This document shows, piece after piece, positions 1 to 8,659 of a stretch of 64,000 bases of DNA (the stretch's first letter is position 1; the number at the start of each line of letters is the position of its first letter). This DNA comes from a virus. Its lineage: Duplodnaviria; Caudoviricetes. The position numbers and the translations under genes were made by a program. The stretch covers positions 8,229 to 72,228 of IMG/VR virus record IMGVR_UViG_3300047160_005605. One strand, 5' to 3'. A model generated the notes under the pieces. It was not told where the DNA came from. It made no database searches and saw only the letters and a list, made by a program, of their open reading frames with translations.

Positions 1-2
1 CG

Positions 3-224
3 AAAGGCAAGACGGATCTGGTGATGATTACCGACGCGATCTGTCATCTGGATGCTGGCGAGATTGCAAGGTTCAACGATTGGAGAAAGGAGGAGAAGGT
101 TCACTCAATCGCTCTTATCATCGGCAGGGAAGCGGGTGATCTGAAGCAGGTATGTGATGAGGTCTACTACCAAGCGCAGCTTGGAGTAGAGAACGAAGGT
201 GTGGAAAAGTGTCTCTCTATTTGA
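3..224 (+). CDS. C-terminal fragment of a probable vWA-domain protein (truncated by window start)
   Basis: Frame is open from base 3: KGKTDLVMITDA...SIALIIG...LKQVCD resembles the DhhhITD strand and C-terminal strands of phage vWA proteins. Confidence 0.5.
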   Translation, partial: KGKTDLVMITDAICHLDAGEIARFNDWRKEEKVHSIALIIGREAGDLKQVCDEVYYQAQLGVENEGVEKCLSI

Positions 225-321
225 AAGGGAGGCTGACGATCCCCATTACCGGGCCTGTCGTGCCGCAGGCCCGGACCTGGTGACCGTTTGTCTATTGTGT
301 CTCAACGAAAGGAGCTATGTT

Positions 322-1473
322 ATGACCGCCTCTATTCAGACCAACGAGAAGGGCTCGAGGAAAGGTCGGCGAGCCGCCGCCATCAAGGAGTTGTCGGAAG
401 GCAAGTCGCGCTTCCTCGGAGAGTTAGTCATACTCTCCACGGGGACGGGTAAAAAGCACAAGCTGAAGGAGATTATCTCCGCGCTTGAGTCCTGCGACCT
501 CAACAAAGAGGTTGCCAAGGAGCTTTCCCCGCGGGCTGCCTTCACCCGTGCCGCACGCGAACTGGCAGACGAGAGGGTTATCGACATCCTTCGGGATGAA
601 ACGGACCACATCACCTTCCAGTTCACGGCGAAGGCGATGAAGGACTCCGAGTGGAAGTATTCCAAAGAGACCAACGTCGTTCTGGACAAGATCAGCGGCA
701 AGGTGCGCTGCCCCTCTTCAAATATCGAAGAATTGGCGCAGAAGGCACTGGACCGCGCTCTTGAGGAGCGGGGCACGTCGGATATCACCGAGATGGTGAA
801 GCGTTTGTTCAGCGAGAACGGTGATATCATCTCGGCTCGGGATGAGGGTGGAGTGTACTTTGTGCCGGAGCCCTATCGGGCATTCTCCGACAAGGTGCAG
901 GACTTCCTCAAGCTGCTCGGACGGCGTATCAATCGCTGGCCAATCCCGGCTGGTGAGGATCGCGCGGACGAGTCCGTGCAGGACGTGTGCACTTCCTACA
1001 TCCAGAGGCTGTGCGAGCAGCTGGACGTTGCCATCAGCGGGTTCGGTACGAGCACCCGGGCGACGACCATCGAAGCGACTGCCGCTCATATCAATGAGTT
1101 GATGGTAAAGGTTGAGGCCTTTGCCAGCTACTTCGGCGATATGAAGGAGAGCAGTCTGGCGTTGGTCGCTTCCAAGCAGAGGATGCTGGCAGAGCAGGTC
1201 GATAAGATCGCCGACCTGAAAGCGTCAGCACCTCCGGGCACGAACGGGAGCGGCAAGAAGGTGGGTATCATCGCCGCAATCATCGAGGTACTGGAAAGCG
1301 CCAGTGCCAAGAAGCCGGTGACGCGCGATGAGATCCATGCCAAGTTGGTCGAGAAGTTCCCCGAGCGCGACCCGAAGGGTATGCGCAATACCGTCATGTC
1401 TCAGGTTCCCGGTTGCCTTCTCAAGGAGAAGGGCATCACCGTGAACCGCAATGATCGTGGTTACTGGCTGTAA
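322..1473 (+). CDS. DUF6744/DUF3150-like phage protein with C-terminal winged-helix-like domain
   Basis: RBS GGAG 7 nt before ATG 322; AFTRAAREL and GGVYFVP motifs; last 72 aa are 41/72 identical (ungapped) to the C-terminus of ORF 10136..10663. Confidence 0.7.
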   Translation: MTASIQTNEKGSRKGRRAAAIKELSEGKSRFLGELVILSTGTGKKHKLKEIISALESCDLNKEVAKELSPRAAFTRAARELADERVIDILRDETDHITFQFTAKAMKDSEWKYSKETNVVLDKISGKVRCPSSNIEELAQKALDRALEERGTSDITEMVKRLFSENGDIISARDEGGVYFVPEPYRAFSDKVQDFLKLLGRRINRWPIPAGEDRADESVQDVCTSYIQRLCEQLDVAISGFGTSTRATTIEATAAHINELMVKVEAFASYFGDMKESSLALVASKQRMLAEQVDKIADLKASAPPGTNGSGKKVGIIAAIIEVLESASAKKPVTRDEIHAKLVEKFPERDPKGMRNTVMSQVPGCLLKEKGITVNRNDRGYWL

Positions 1474-1531
1474 AAGGATTGCACTCCGGCCAAGGAAGGC
1501 CTTCTCTTGTCTCAAGTGAAAGGAGCTAACT

Positions 1532-1639
1532 GTGGCTGAACCATTGCGGACTCCGAGGGAACGGCGGGAATATAACTCCAAGCTGACGGTTACCCTCAAC
1601 GGCACTAGGGAAAATCCGTACCACAAGTGGGGATTCTAA
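1532..1639 (+). CDS. small hypothetical protein (35 aa)
   Basis: AAGGAG RBS then GTG; fills the gap before 1641; below the ORF-track size cut-off. Confidence 0.4.
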   Translation: MAEPLRTPRERREYNSKLTVTLNGTRENPYHKWGF

Positions 1640-1640
1640 C

Positions 1641-1808
1641 ATGAAACTCAACCTGTTAGCAGCAGATCCCATCCCCGATACGGATTACATTCGTAAGACC
1701 CTTGCCGGTCTCTTCTCGGAGGAGTTCATCGACCTCTGCTGCAAGAAGTTCGTGCCCGGAAGGGTTATCAAGTTCGACGTTTACTTCAACGATGAAGGAA
1801 AGGAGTAA
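1641..1808 (+). CDS. small hypothetical protein (55 aa, MKLNLLAADP...)
   Basis: Read by hand; its TAA overlaps the ATG of the next gene (TAATG). Confidence 0.55.
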   Translation: MKLNLLAADPIPDTDYIRKTLAGLFSEEFIDLCCKKFVPGRVIKFDVYFNDEGKE

Positions 1809-2053
1809 TGGACAAGTTCATGCTTCGCTTCACCTATAAGGTTCACGGTGAGGACTGCACCGGCGGACCTTATAGGGTCTCTGCAACATCATTGCAAGAT
1901 GCCGTAGCGAAACTCCATACCGCGCTGCTTATGGTAGCGCGATGGAGCGACAACTATTGGCACGGCTGTTATGCCTTTGCCAACTACCAAGTCTCAAAGG
2001 CACTGGATGACAGCGAGTACACGGAAGATGAGTTGGACAAGTATCTCAAGTAA
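1808..2053 (+). CDS. hypothetical protein
   Basis: ORF with AAGGAG RBS and coupled start. Confidence 0.7.
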   Translation: MDKFMLRFTYKVHGEDCTGGPYRVSATSLQDAVAKLHTALLMVARWSDNYWHGCYAFANYQVSKALDDSEYTEDELDKYLK

Positions 2054-2208
2054 AGGAAAGGAACCTGGAGCTACGTGGAACAACTTCCTACCACCGTTAT
2101 GGCTAGAGAGCCTGAAGATCGCCGCCTTAGTGATGGTGGGTTTTGAATTGTTGGTCATGGTGGGGACGACGGTCTGGATCTATCTGTCCCCAGTGTAAGC
2201 CGTTCGGG

Positions 2209-2240
2209 CAATAGGGGGAGGATTCTCGCTTCCCCTATTG
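2209..2240 (+). terminator. hairpin, possible intrinsic terminator
   Basis: CAATAGGGG...CCCCTATTG 9-bp inverted repeat between genes; weak U-tract. Confidence 0.45.
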
Positions 2241-2282
2241 CATTGGTTTCGTTAGCTTGCTAAGCTATGTTAGAAAGGAGCT

Positions 2283-3224
2283 TTGCCGATGCGAATCAAT
2301 GACGTGGCACCGAAGTTCTTTACGGATGAACTTTTACGGTGCGCCAAACTTGACCGCAACTGGATAGAGGTCATCTCGGGTTTCCCGATGACTCTCCATG
2401 CAAATTACCAGGCGCGAGTCAAGCCGGGTATCAAGACATGGGTAGAGAAGGCGTGGGAGCAAGGATCTGACGCGCTGTCTATGAAGGCGTTGTCTTGGTG
2501 GCTGCTAGATGGCCCAAAGGTCTTTGTACCGACCAAGATACAATGCCAGGCGATGGAGCACATAGAGATTAACCTGCCCGTCGCGGATTACAGCCAGCCC
2601 TATCCCGCCATCATGATTGACCTGCGGAGCATGGGCTATTGTCCATTCGAGAGCGTCCTAGCGTGCCATGACTTCTCCGGAGCGCATTGTGTCATCACCT
2701 GTTGCATCAATTCGCATGACCACCTCAATGATATTGCCACTACGGTTGGCAGGACCGACTGCATGATTGAGGAATCCGTGCGGAAGTTCGACGCTAACAT
2801 AACAGAGGACGAGAGCAGCTTGGCATGCAAAGTGCTGCGGATAGCGCTCAATAGCTGTCTGGCACTGAGCCACTATGGCAATCACATCGAGTACCTCTAC
2901 CCCAAGGAAGTGGACAGCGACCGCAGACTTGCCAGAGAGTACAGCGAGCGTGGCAAGAAGGCACGCCAGCGCCTGTCCCTTGCCGTGCAAAAGATCAGCT
3001 TCGATCAGGAGGTTAGGCTGCACCGTGTAGTCCACAAGCGAGTGGAGCCCGGCGAGCCGACGGGCCGCGAGATGCCCCCGCACTGGCGGTCTGGGCATTG
3101 GGCGATGCAACCCTATGGGCCTACACAGTCGCTCCGCAAGCGAATCCTACGTCCGGGAGTAATGGTTCGCCGGGATCTGTTTCTCGGTGACGATTCTGAT
3201 AGTTCAGCAACCTACCGAGGGTAG
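2283..3224 (+). CDS. hypothetical protein with C-terminal HWRxGHW motif
   Basis: AAGGAG RBS; PPHWRSGHWAMQPYG motif of a type recurrent in uncharacterised phage early proteins. Confidence 0.8.
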   Translation: MPMRINDVAPKFFTDELLRCAKLDRNWIEVISGFPMTLHANYQARVKPGIKTWVEKAWEQGSDALSMKALSWWLLDGPKVFVPTKIQCQAMEHIEINLPVADYSQPYPAIMIDLRSMGYCPFESVLACHDFSGAHCVITCCINSHDHLNDIATTVGRTDCMIEESVRKFDANITEDESSLACKVLRIALNSCLALSHYGNHIEYLYPKEVDSDRRLAREYSERGKKARQRLSLAVQKISFDQEVRLHRVVHKRVEPGEPTGREMPPHWRSGHWAMQPYGPTQSLRKRILRPGVMVRRDLFLGDDSDSSATYRG

Positions 3225-3302
3225 GGAAAGGAGTTAGTGTGAGACCGACGAATGACGTGGCGTTACCCAGTGTCCTTGTCGATGATGTAAGGAGGACTGC
3301 TC

Positions 3303-3467
3303 ATGACCCCGCGTGAATGGGAGACTTTCTTCGCACTGCTGGAGAAGATCGTCAACGCTCCCGAAGGCACCTATAAAGAGAAGGCTGCTTCCGTGATGCT
3401 TCAAGCCAAGAATCAAGGCTCGGAAACGGAACTCAATGAGTTCGCTTCTTGGTTCCAGGAGGGCTAA
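3303..3467 (+). CDS. small hypothetical protein (54 aa)
   Basis: AGGAGG RBS, ATG 3303; TAATG coupling to the next gene. Confidence 0.6.
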   Translation: MTPREWETFFALLEKIVNAPEGTYKEKAASVMLQAKNQGSETELNEFASWFQEG

Positions 3468-3661
3468 TGGACGAACTACTCAAGCAAGTGGAGCGAGTCT
3501 GGAAAGCCCTCCTCGAGTATGGGCCGCTTGACGATGGCACTCCTCAAGGAAAGGAGCTAGAAGATGCCATCATCGATCTGAGGAAGGCTTCTATCCCTTT
3601 CAAATTGCGAAGGAGTAAGCGTGTTAAGAAACGCCATAACCGAAACCTACGGAGAGGTTGA
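3467..3661 (+). CDS. hypothetical protein
   Basis: Start coupled to the previous stop (TAATG). Confidence 0.6.
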   Translation: MDELLKQVERVWKALLEYGPLDDGTPQGKELEDAIIDLRKASIPFKLRRSKRVKKRHNRNLRRG

Positions 3662-4115
3662 TAAGCTCTTGCACTTCACGGTGCACAAGTTTATCCGTAA
3701 GTATGGCGGGGATTATGATACGCTGAGAGCCGATGCCAACTGGCATTTTCTCTCAGCGTATCTATCCTTCAAGCCATCGAAGTCAAAGTTTTCCACTTGG
3801 GTGAGCTATAGAGTCCACATGGGACTGTTGGCGAGCAAGCGCGACGATAAGAAGCGCGCCCACTATCTCAAGCCGCTACCAACTAAGCTGTACGCTCGCA
3901 CGGAGAGCACTGCAAGGCAGCTTGCGCGGGACTTGTCAGATGATGCCGGCGCGATCATACGCTTGGTGTTGAATATTATCCCTGCCAGCTTCTTTCGACG
4001 GCGGCATAACAAGCGCCAAGCGCTAGTTGAATACCTAACTGGCTTGGGTTGGTCTGAGGCTAAGATCGAGCGTAGCTTCGCCGAGCTAAGAGAGGAGCTA
4101 TGTACTCAAACCTAA
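3621..4115 (+). CDS. compact ECF-like sigma factor
   Basis: Region-2-like SFKPSKSKFSTWVSYRV; region-4-like LGWSEAKIERSFAEL; AAGGAG RBS before GTG. Confidence 0.65.
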   Translation: MLRNAITETYGEVDKLLHFTVHKFIRKYGGDYDTLRADANWHFLSAYLSFKPSKSKFSTWVSYRVHMGLLASKRDDKKRAHYLKPLPTKLYARTESTARQLARDLSDDAGAIIRLVLNIIPASFFRRRHNKRQALVEYLTGLGWSEAKIERSFAELREELCTQT

Positions 4116-5539
4116 TGCGCAGAGCGAGAGGTCTTGGCAATGGTGTCATGCAGTTGGTGAGGTGGACCGATCCTATCACCAACAAGACTATTACCAAGCC
4201 GCATGAGTTTCAAGCATGGGCAGTCCGCAAGCTGCACAGGTGGGGCGGGCGGGGATTGCTTGCCGATGACATGGGTTTGGGCAAGACGGTCGAAGCGCTT
4301 ATCTATGCCCATGAGGTTCCAAAAGCAAGACCCGCTCTAGTTATTTGCCCTGCCTTTCTCAAGTTCAATTGGGAGCGCGAAGCAGCACGCCATGTAGGTA
4401 TGCGAGCGGAGATACTCGACGGGACGAGAGTGCCGAGGAGAGGGATACTCCCCCCAGCACCTTTGTCTATTATCAACTACGAAATACTAGGACCATGGAT
4501 GGAATGGCTGATGGCGATGAAATTCAAGCTTATCATCCTAGACGAGTGCCAGTACGTCAAGAGCCGCAAAGCTAAGAGGACTAGGTATTGCCGACAGCTT
4601 TGCTGGAATGCGCCAAGGGTAATCGCTCTGAGTGGTACGCCGCTCACCAACCGACCCGAAGAGTTGTGGTCGATCCTGAATATGATACGGCCAGACCTCT
4701 ACTCAGAGTTTATGCCGTTCGCGTTCAAATACTGCAAGCCGCAGCATTCGCCGCATGGATGGTTGTTTCCGGGCGCTGACAACCTTGACCACTTGCATCA
4801 CAAGCTGAAAAAGCAGCTTATGATACGCCGGAAGAAAAGCGCCGTCATGCCTTTCTTGCCGAAGAAAGTGCACTCGGTCATACCTGTCAAGATCACCAAC
4901 CTCAAAGAGTATGTCCATGCCAAAGAGGACTTCTTGGGTTGGCTGTACTCTGTGAGTCCCGAGCGTGCACGTACGGCAGCTAGAGCCGAAGGGCTAGCGC
5001 GCTTGGGATACTTGCTCAGGCTCATTGGAGAAGGCAAGCGTCAAGCTGTCTCCAAGTGGATTGAGGACTTCTTAGGCGCAACCGACGATAAGCTCTTAGT
5101 CTTTGGTCGGCATGTTAGCGTAGTCACTGGCCTCCACAATGATTTTCCCAAAGAATCTGTGGTCATCTATGGCGCTGTCTCTAAGAGTGAGCGTAACAAG
5201 CGCGAGCATGAGTTCCAGAACAACCCCAAGATAAGAGTCCTCATAGGCAACATACAAGCTGCTGGCGTAGGTCTAAACCTCACAGCCGCAAGCTATGTAG
5301 GCTTCGCTGAGTATCCCTGGACTCCGGCCGAGCTTAACCAAGCGATAGACAGAACGCACCGAATAGGCCAGACCAAGCAAGTTAGCGTTTACTATCTTAC
5401 TGCCATCAACACCATAGAAGAAAGGATGGTGAAGCTGCTACAAAAGAAGCAAGGGATCTTGAGTTCCATTCTCGACGGGAGAAGGGATCGTTCCGATGTT
5501 AGTGTGTATGACCAACTCATAAAGGAGATGCGAAAGTGA
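4100..5539 (+). CDS. SNF2-family (HARP/SMARCAL1-like) helicase
   Basis: LADDMGLGKT, IILDECQ, LSGTP, AAGVGLNLT and QAIDRTHRIGQ motifs. Confidence 0.93.
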   Translation: MYSNLMRRARGLGNGVMQLVRWTDPITNKTITKPHEFQAWAVRKLHRWGGRGLLADDMGLGKTVEALIYAHEVPKARPALVICPAFLKFNWEREAARHVGMRAEILDGTRVPRRGILPPAPLSIINYEILGPWMEWLMAMKFKLIILDECQYVKSRKAKRTRYCRQLCWNAPRVIALSGTPLTNRPEELWSILNMIRPDLYSEFMPFAFKYCKPQHSPHGWLFPGADNLDHLHHKLKKQLMIRRKKSAVMPFLPKKVHSVIPVKITNLKEYVHAKEDFLGWLYSVSPERARTAARAEGLARLGYLLRLIGEGKRQAVSKWIEDFLGATDDKLLVFGRHVSVVTGLHNDFPKESVVIYGAVSKSERNKREHEFQNNPKIRVLIGNIQAAGVGLNLTAASYVGFAEYPWTPAELNQAIDRTHRIGQTKQVSVYYLTAINTIEERMVKLLQKKQGILSSILDGRRDRSDVSVYDQLIKEMRK

Positions 5540-5757
5540 TTAACCACAAGAAGTCTTTCCCAGTGAAAGGCAAGAAGAAAGGAGAAGGCATCCTGTTCAT
5601 CAGGAACCTCCCAGAAGAGGACCACCGCCTGTTCAAGGCGTGGTGTGTGCGACGCGGCTGGACGATGACGGCAGCGATCCGTCACTTCATCCGCGAGTGT
5701 GTTCGTGGTTCCGAGCAAACCCACAACCCAGGAAAGGGAAAGCGAAATGACGTGTAA
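5536..5757 (+). CDS. ribbon-helix-helix DNA-binding protein
   Basis: LFIRNLPEEDHRLFKAWCVRRGWTMTAAIRHFI matches the Arc/RHH pattern. Confidence 0.65.
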   Translation: MINHKKSFPVKGKKKGEGILFIRNLPEEDHRLFKAWCVRRGWTMTAAIRHFIRECVRGSEQTHNPGKGKRNDV

Positions 5758-5998
5758 GGAATTCCGGAAGGTAGTCGATGGCAGCTTCCTCGAGACCACA
5801 AGAGCCGAGCGCTGCGCCATCGTCGAGCACCGAAAGGTGTGCAGGACTTGCGATGAATATCTCACTAATATTAGTCTGGAAAGCATCAAGGGATTGAAGG
5901 AGAGGCTTCCTTCGCCCCTCTATGAGTTGGCGGTGCTAGCCCTATGGGGCGCTGCCAGTACGATCCGCAAGCAAGACGTGGAGGACCCCGAGACATGA
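5747..5998 (+). CDS. zinc-binding anti-sigma (ZAS/zf-HC2)-like protein
   Basis: MTCKEF start and H-x3-C-x2-C motif (HRKVCRTC). Confidence 0.6.
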   Translation: MTCKEFRKVVDGSFLETTRAERCAIVEHRKVCRTCDEYLTNISLESIKGLKERLPSPLYELAVLALWGAASTIRKQDVEDPET

Positions 5999-6870
5999 CC
6001 TTTGCAGAGATTCTCGACCATTATGGTGTGCACTACGAAACCGAGGGCAAGCACACCCGGCGAGGCTGGGTACAACTCGATTGCCCTTGGTGCAGCGGCG
6101 AGCTTTACTTGGGTTACAACATCGCCGGCAATTATTGCAATTGCTGGCGCTGTGGTAGCCACAGCACGCTGGACGTGCTAGTATCAGTGACCCGAGCGAA
6201 CTACCCCGCAGTGATCGGGCTTTACAAGCAATTAGACAGAGCAGACTATGAGAAGCCTCACACCGTAGTCTGCGGCAAGCTGCTAGTGCCTCAAGCTTCA
6301 TTCCTGGAGAAAGCGCATGTCAAGTATCTCCATGAAGTGCGCGGCTTTCGGCATAGCGAGATTAACGAATTGGTTAAGTTATGGAAGATCAGAGGCATTG
6401 GTCCCTTCGCTCCGAAGCTGACTTGGCGCATTTTAATCCCCATAGAGTATAGGAGCGAAGTGGTCAGCTGGACCACGCGCAGCATCGGCGAGTTTACGAG
6501 CGTGCGCTATGTGTCGGCGTCTCCTTCCGAAGAGAGGATGCACCACAAGCACTTGCTCTATGGTGAGGACTATGCCAGAGCGTCTATCATCGTCTGCGAA
6601 GGCCCTATAGACGTGTGGAAGATCGGGCCCGGCGCTGTTGCTACGCTTGGCGTAGGCTATACGGGGGAGCAGCTTTTGCGCATGAGCCGCTACCCTCACC
6701 GTGCGATCTGGTTCGACAATGAGCCTGACGCTCGCCAGCGCGCTCGACGGCTTAGAGATGATTTAACTGCATTCCCTGGGACAACCTATGTCATCATGAG
6801 CGATGCGAAGGATGCGGGATCCGCCAAACGCTCAGAGATAGCAGAGGTCAGAAGGAGATTCTTGTTATGA
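5995..6870 (+). CDS. DNA primase (zinc finger + TOPRIM)
   Basis: CPWC...CWRC zinc domain; IVCEGPIDVWK, AVATLG and WFDNEPD TOPRIM motifs. Confidence 0.9.
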   Translation: MTFAEILDHYGVHYETEGKHTRRGWVQLDCPWCSGELYLGYNIAGNYCNCWRCGSHSTLDVLVSVTRANYPAVIGLYKQLDRADYEKPHTVVCGKLLVPQASFLEKAHVKYLHEVRGFRHSEINELVKLWKIRGIGPFAPKLTWRILIPIEYRSEVVSWTTRSIGEFTSVRYVSASPSEERMHHKHLLYGEDYARASIIVCEGPIDVWKIGPGAVATLGVGYTGEQLLRMSRYPHRAIWFDNEPDARQRARRLRDDLTAFPGTTYVIMSDAKDAGSAKRSEIAEVRRRFLL

Positions 6871-7154
6871 CAGAAACGGCGTGGCGATGGCATATTATGG
6901 ACCTAGAGATTGGCAGTGAAGAGACTTTTCGCTGCCAAGGGTGGGAGTTGCGAGTGAAGCGAGTTCGCCAGGAGCTACATACGCTTTGGTTGAGCCGGCC
7001 TAATATCCTCCGAACACGGTATTTCACGCATCGCGCAAACCTCCTGAATTTCGGTAGAAAAATGTTTTTCAAAGAATTTGTAGCGTTGAACCAAAGTTCG
7101 CGCAATAATAAAGTGAGAGACAAAGCACGGCAATATTGGGAGATACCAACATGA
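6867..7154 (+). CDS. hypothetical protein
   Basis: ATGA overlap with the primase stop. Confidence 0.6.
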   Translation: MTETAWRWHIMDLEIGSEETFRCQGWELRVKRVRQELHTLWLSRPNILRTRYFTHRANLLNFGRKMFFKEFVALNQSSRNNKVRDKARQYWEIPT

Positions 7155-7156
7155 AT

Positions 7157-7746
7157 GCAGGCAAGCTGCTCAGCAGACGGACGAGCTGGCGAGCCTGCGC
7201 CTCCCAATTTGGGGTAGGATGTATAGGAGAGCCGAACGGGATTCGGTTGCCGCAGGCGGCAGACAACTCTCTGAAGGAGGTCCGAAGATCGTCCCTGCTG
7301 ACTCATGTTCCCGGCATGTGCATTTCGACTGCACTGCGTGGCGGTGACCTCACCGCTGACAATGGGGCTGGGGGATACGAAGTATCCCCGAGCACTGGGC
7401 ATTCTGAGCTGGGTCGCCAAGCCCATTGTACCGGCCGCACTCCGGGCAAGCACCACAACGTCCGTGATGGGGTGAACCAGATACCAACGCAACTGGAGGG
7501 TCATACAAGCGGCTCCTCCGAGCGTGCGCTAGCTCCGCTATCTGGGTGCCGCAAGCACTTATGCGGGGGGCCTGGACTTCTCGTCACAAGGGCAGGGACT
7601 ATCACTCTAAAGGTTGCCATTCGACACATCAACACTGCCTTGTCACCACGATGTACTACTACCCTATGGATGGTCCTGGGTAGCAAGTACATCTACCGTG
7701 CTCGATGAGTATTGCTAGCGCAATACCCATCTCACAGTAAGTGGTG
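7157..7746 (+). ncRNA. candidate large structured non-coding RNA, class not recognised
   Basis: Many nested stems, e.g. 7359-7366/7422-7429, GGGGATAC-GAA-GTATCCCC (7371-7389), 7650-7657/7686-7693, 7704-7715/7720-7731, 7644-7649/7741-7746; the overlapping ORF is not protein-like; strand inferred from context only. Confidence 0.5.
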
Positions 7747-7815
7747 GTTAAGGAGAAGCCGGAGGCTGCAGGAAGTTCCTAGATGATCCTTTTGTCTCAT
7801 TTTCGGGAGGAAACC

Positions 7816-7863
7816 ATGGGCAAGGCAGAACAAACTCTCCAGGCATGGAGGCATCTTATATGA
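7816..7863 (+). CDS. 15-aa leader ORF (MGKAEQTLQAWRHLI)
   Basis: Strong GGGAGG RBS 5 nt before ATG; its TGA overlaps ATG 7860 (ATGA). Confidence 0.45.
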   Translation: MGKAEQTLQAWRHLI

Positions 7864-8375
7864 CCCCGTTTATGCCGTGGCAGGAACTGCGTCAGGACAA
7901 GTCCAAGCGTAAGCTTGATCCGCAGGTCAAGGATGTGCTCGATAGCGTCTTGCAGCTTGACTGGCCCGCGGGCAGCGACCAGCAAGTGTTGCCTGTGCTC
8001 ACTAAGAGCTTGCGAGCGTACAAGAGCTTTCGGGAGCAATTCGCAGCGATGGACAAGCGCTTGCGCGAGCGAGCGCTGGCACTCCGGGCAGAAGCGAAGC
8101 AAGCAGATTTGCCAGAACGCAAGACCAAAGAGTTGCACTTGCTCTATCGGCACATACGCCTGATCGAGCACCTCCGCAACTACTTTGCACCAAGCCATAT
8201 GTTTATGAAAATCTGGATGACGCACGTACAGAGAGAAGCCAAGTACAGGGGAAATAACTTACGCAAGCTTGCCTTCTCTACAAAGTCGCCACTTTTCACA
8301 AAGCTAGGGCGACAATGGACTTACGAGTATTGCCATCAGTCTTATTGGTTTGACCAACTTCTCGAAGAACTTTAG
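7860..8375 (+). CDS. hypothetical protein (replication module, between primase and helicase)
   Basis: ORF coupled to the leader ORF; no motif recognised. Confidence 0.7.
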   Translation: MTPFMPWQELRQDKSKRKLDPQVKDVLDSVLQLDWPAGSDQQVLPVLTKSLRAYKSFREQFAAMDKRLRERALALRAEAKQADLPERKTKELHLLYRHIRLIEHLRNYFAPSHMFMKIWMTHVQREAKYRGNNLRKLAFSTKSPLFTKLGRQWTYEYCHQSYWFDQLLEEL

Positions 8376-8383
8376 GAGGGGCT

Positions 8384-8659
8384 ATGACCTGTAATGAGTT
8401 TCAGATTACCTTTGGGCAGGTTCATCCCCTGCAAGCAACATCCCCAATGATCCTTGCGATGGCCATTCACATGAAGGAATGCCCATCGTGCAAGAAATGG
8501 ATGCGTCAGGGAGAGGATCCAGACGAAAAACAGCATCCACTTATGACGTTTGCCTTGCAGAGAAAGGCCCGCATGGCATTGAACGATTGCCAGACTGATC
8601 CCGAATTGCGCCAGCAGATGGAGGCATACGATGCGCTCAAGCGTAAGGAACGAAAGTAA
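8384..8659 (+). CDS. second ZAS/zf-HC2-like protein
   Basis: AGGAGG RBS; MTCNEF start; HMKECPSC motif. Confidence 0.6.
   Translation: MTCNEFQITFGQVHPLQATSPMILAMAIHMKECPSCKKWMRQGEDPDEKQHPLMTFALQRKARMALNDCQTDPELRQQMEAYDALKRKERK

Noticed and set aside
7136-7708. 190-aa ORF (ATGA-coupled at 7151) as a real protein
   Set aside because: The sequence has no recognisable motif and an off-frame-like composition, and the DNA is better explained by dense base pairing; not fully excluded.
7157-7815. Group I or II intron
   Set aside because: GGGACTA/TGGTCC resembles a P7 pairing, but I could not place P3-P4-P6 or a group II domain V, and the flanking ORFs do not obviously join into one protein.
7157-7815. 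CsrB/RsmZ-like sponge RNA for the phage CsrA
   Set aside because: About 13 GGA triplets in ~660 nt is roughly the chance expectation at this composition, and few lie in loops.
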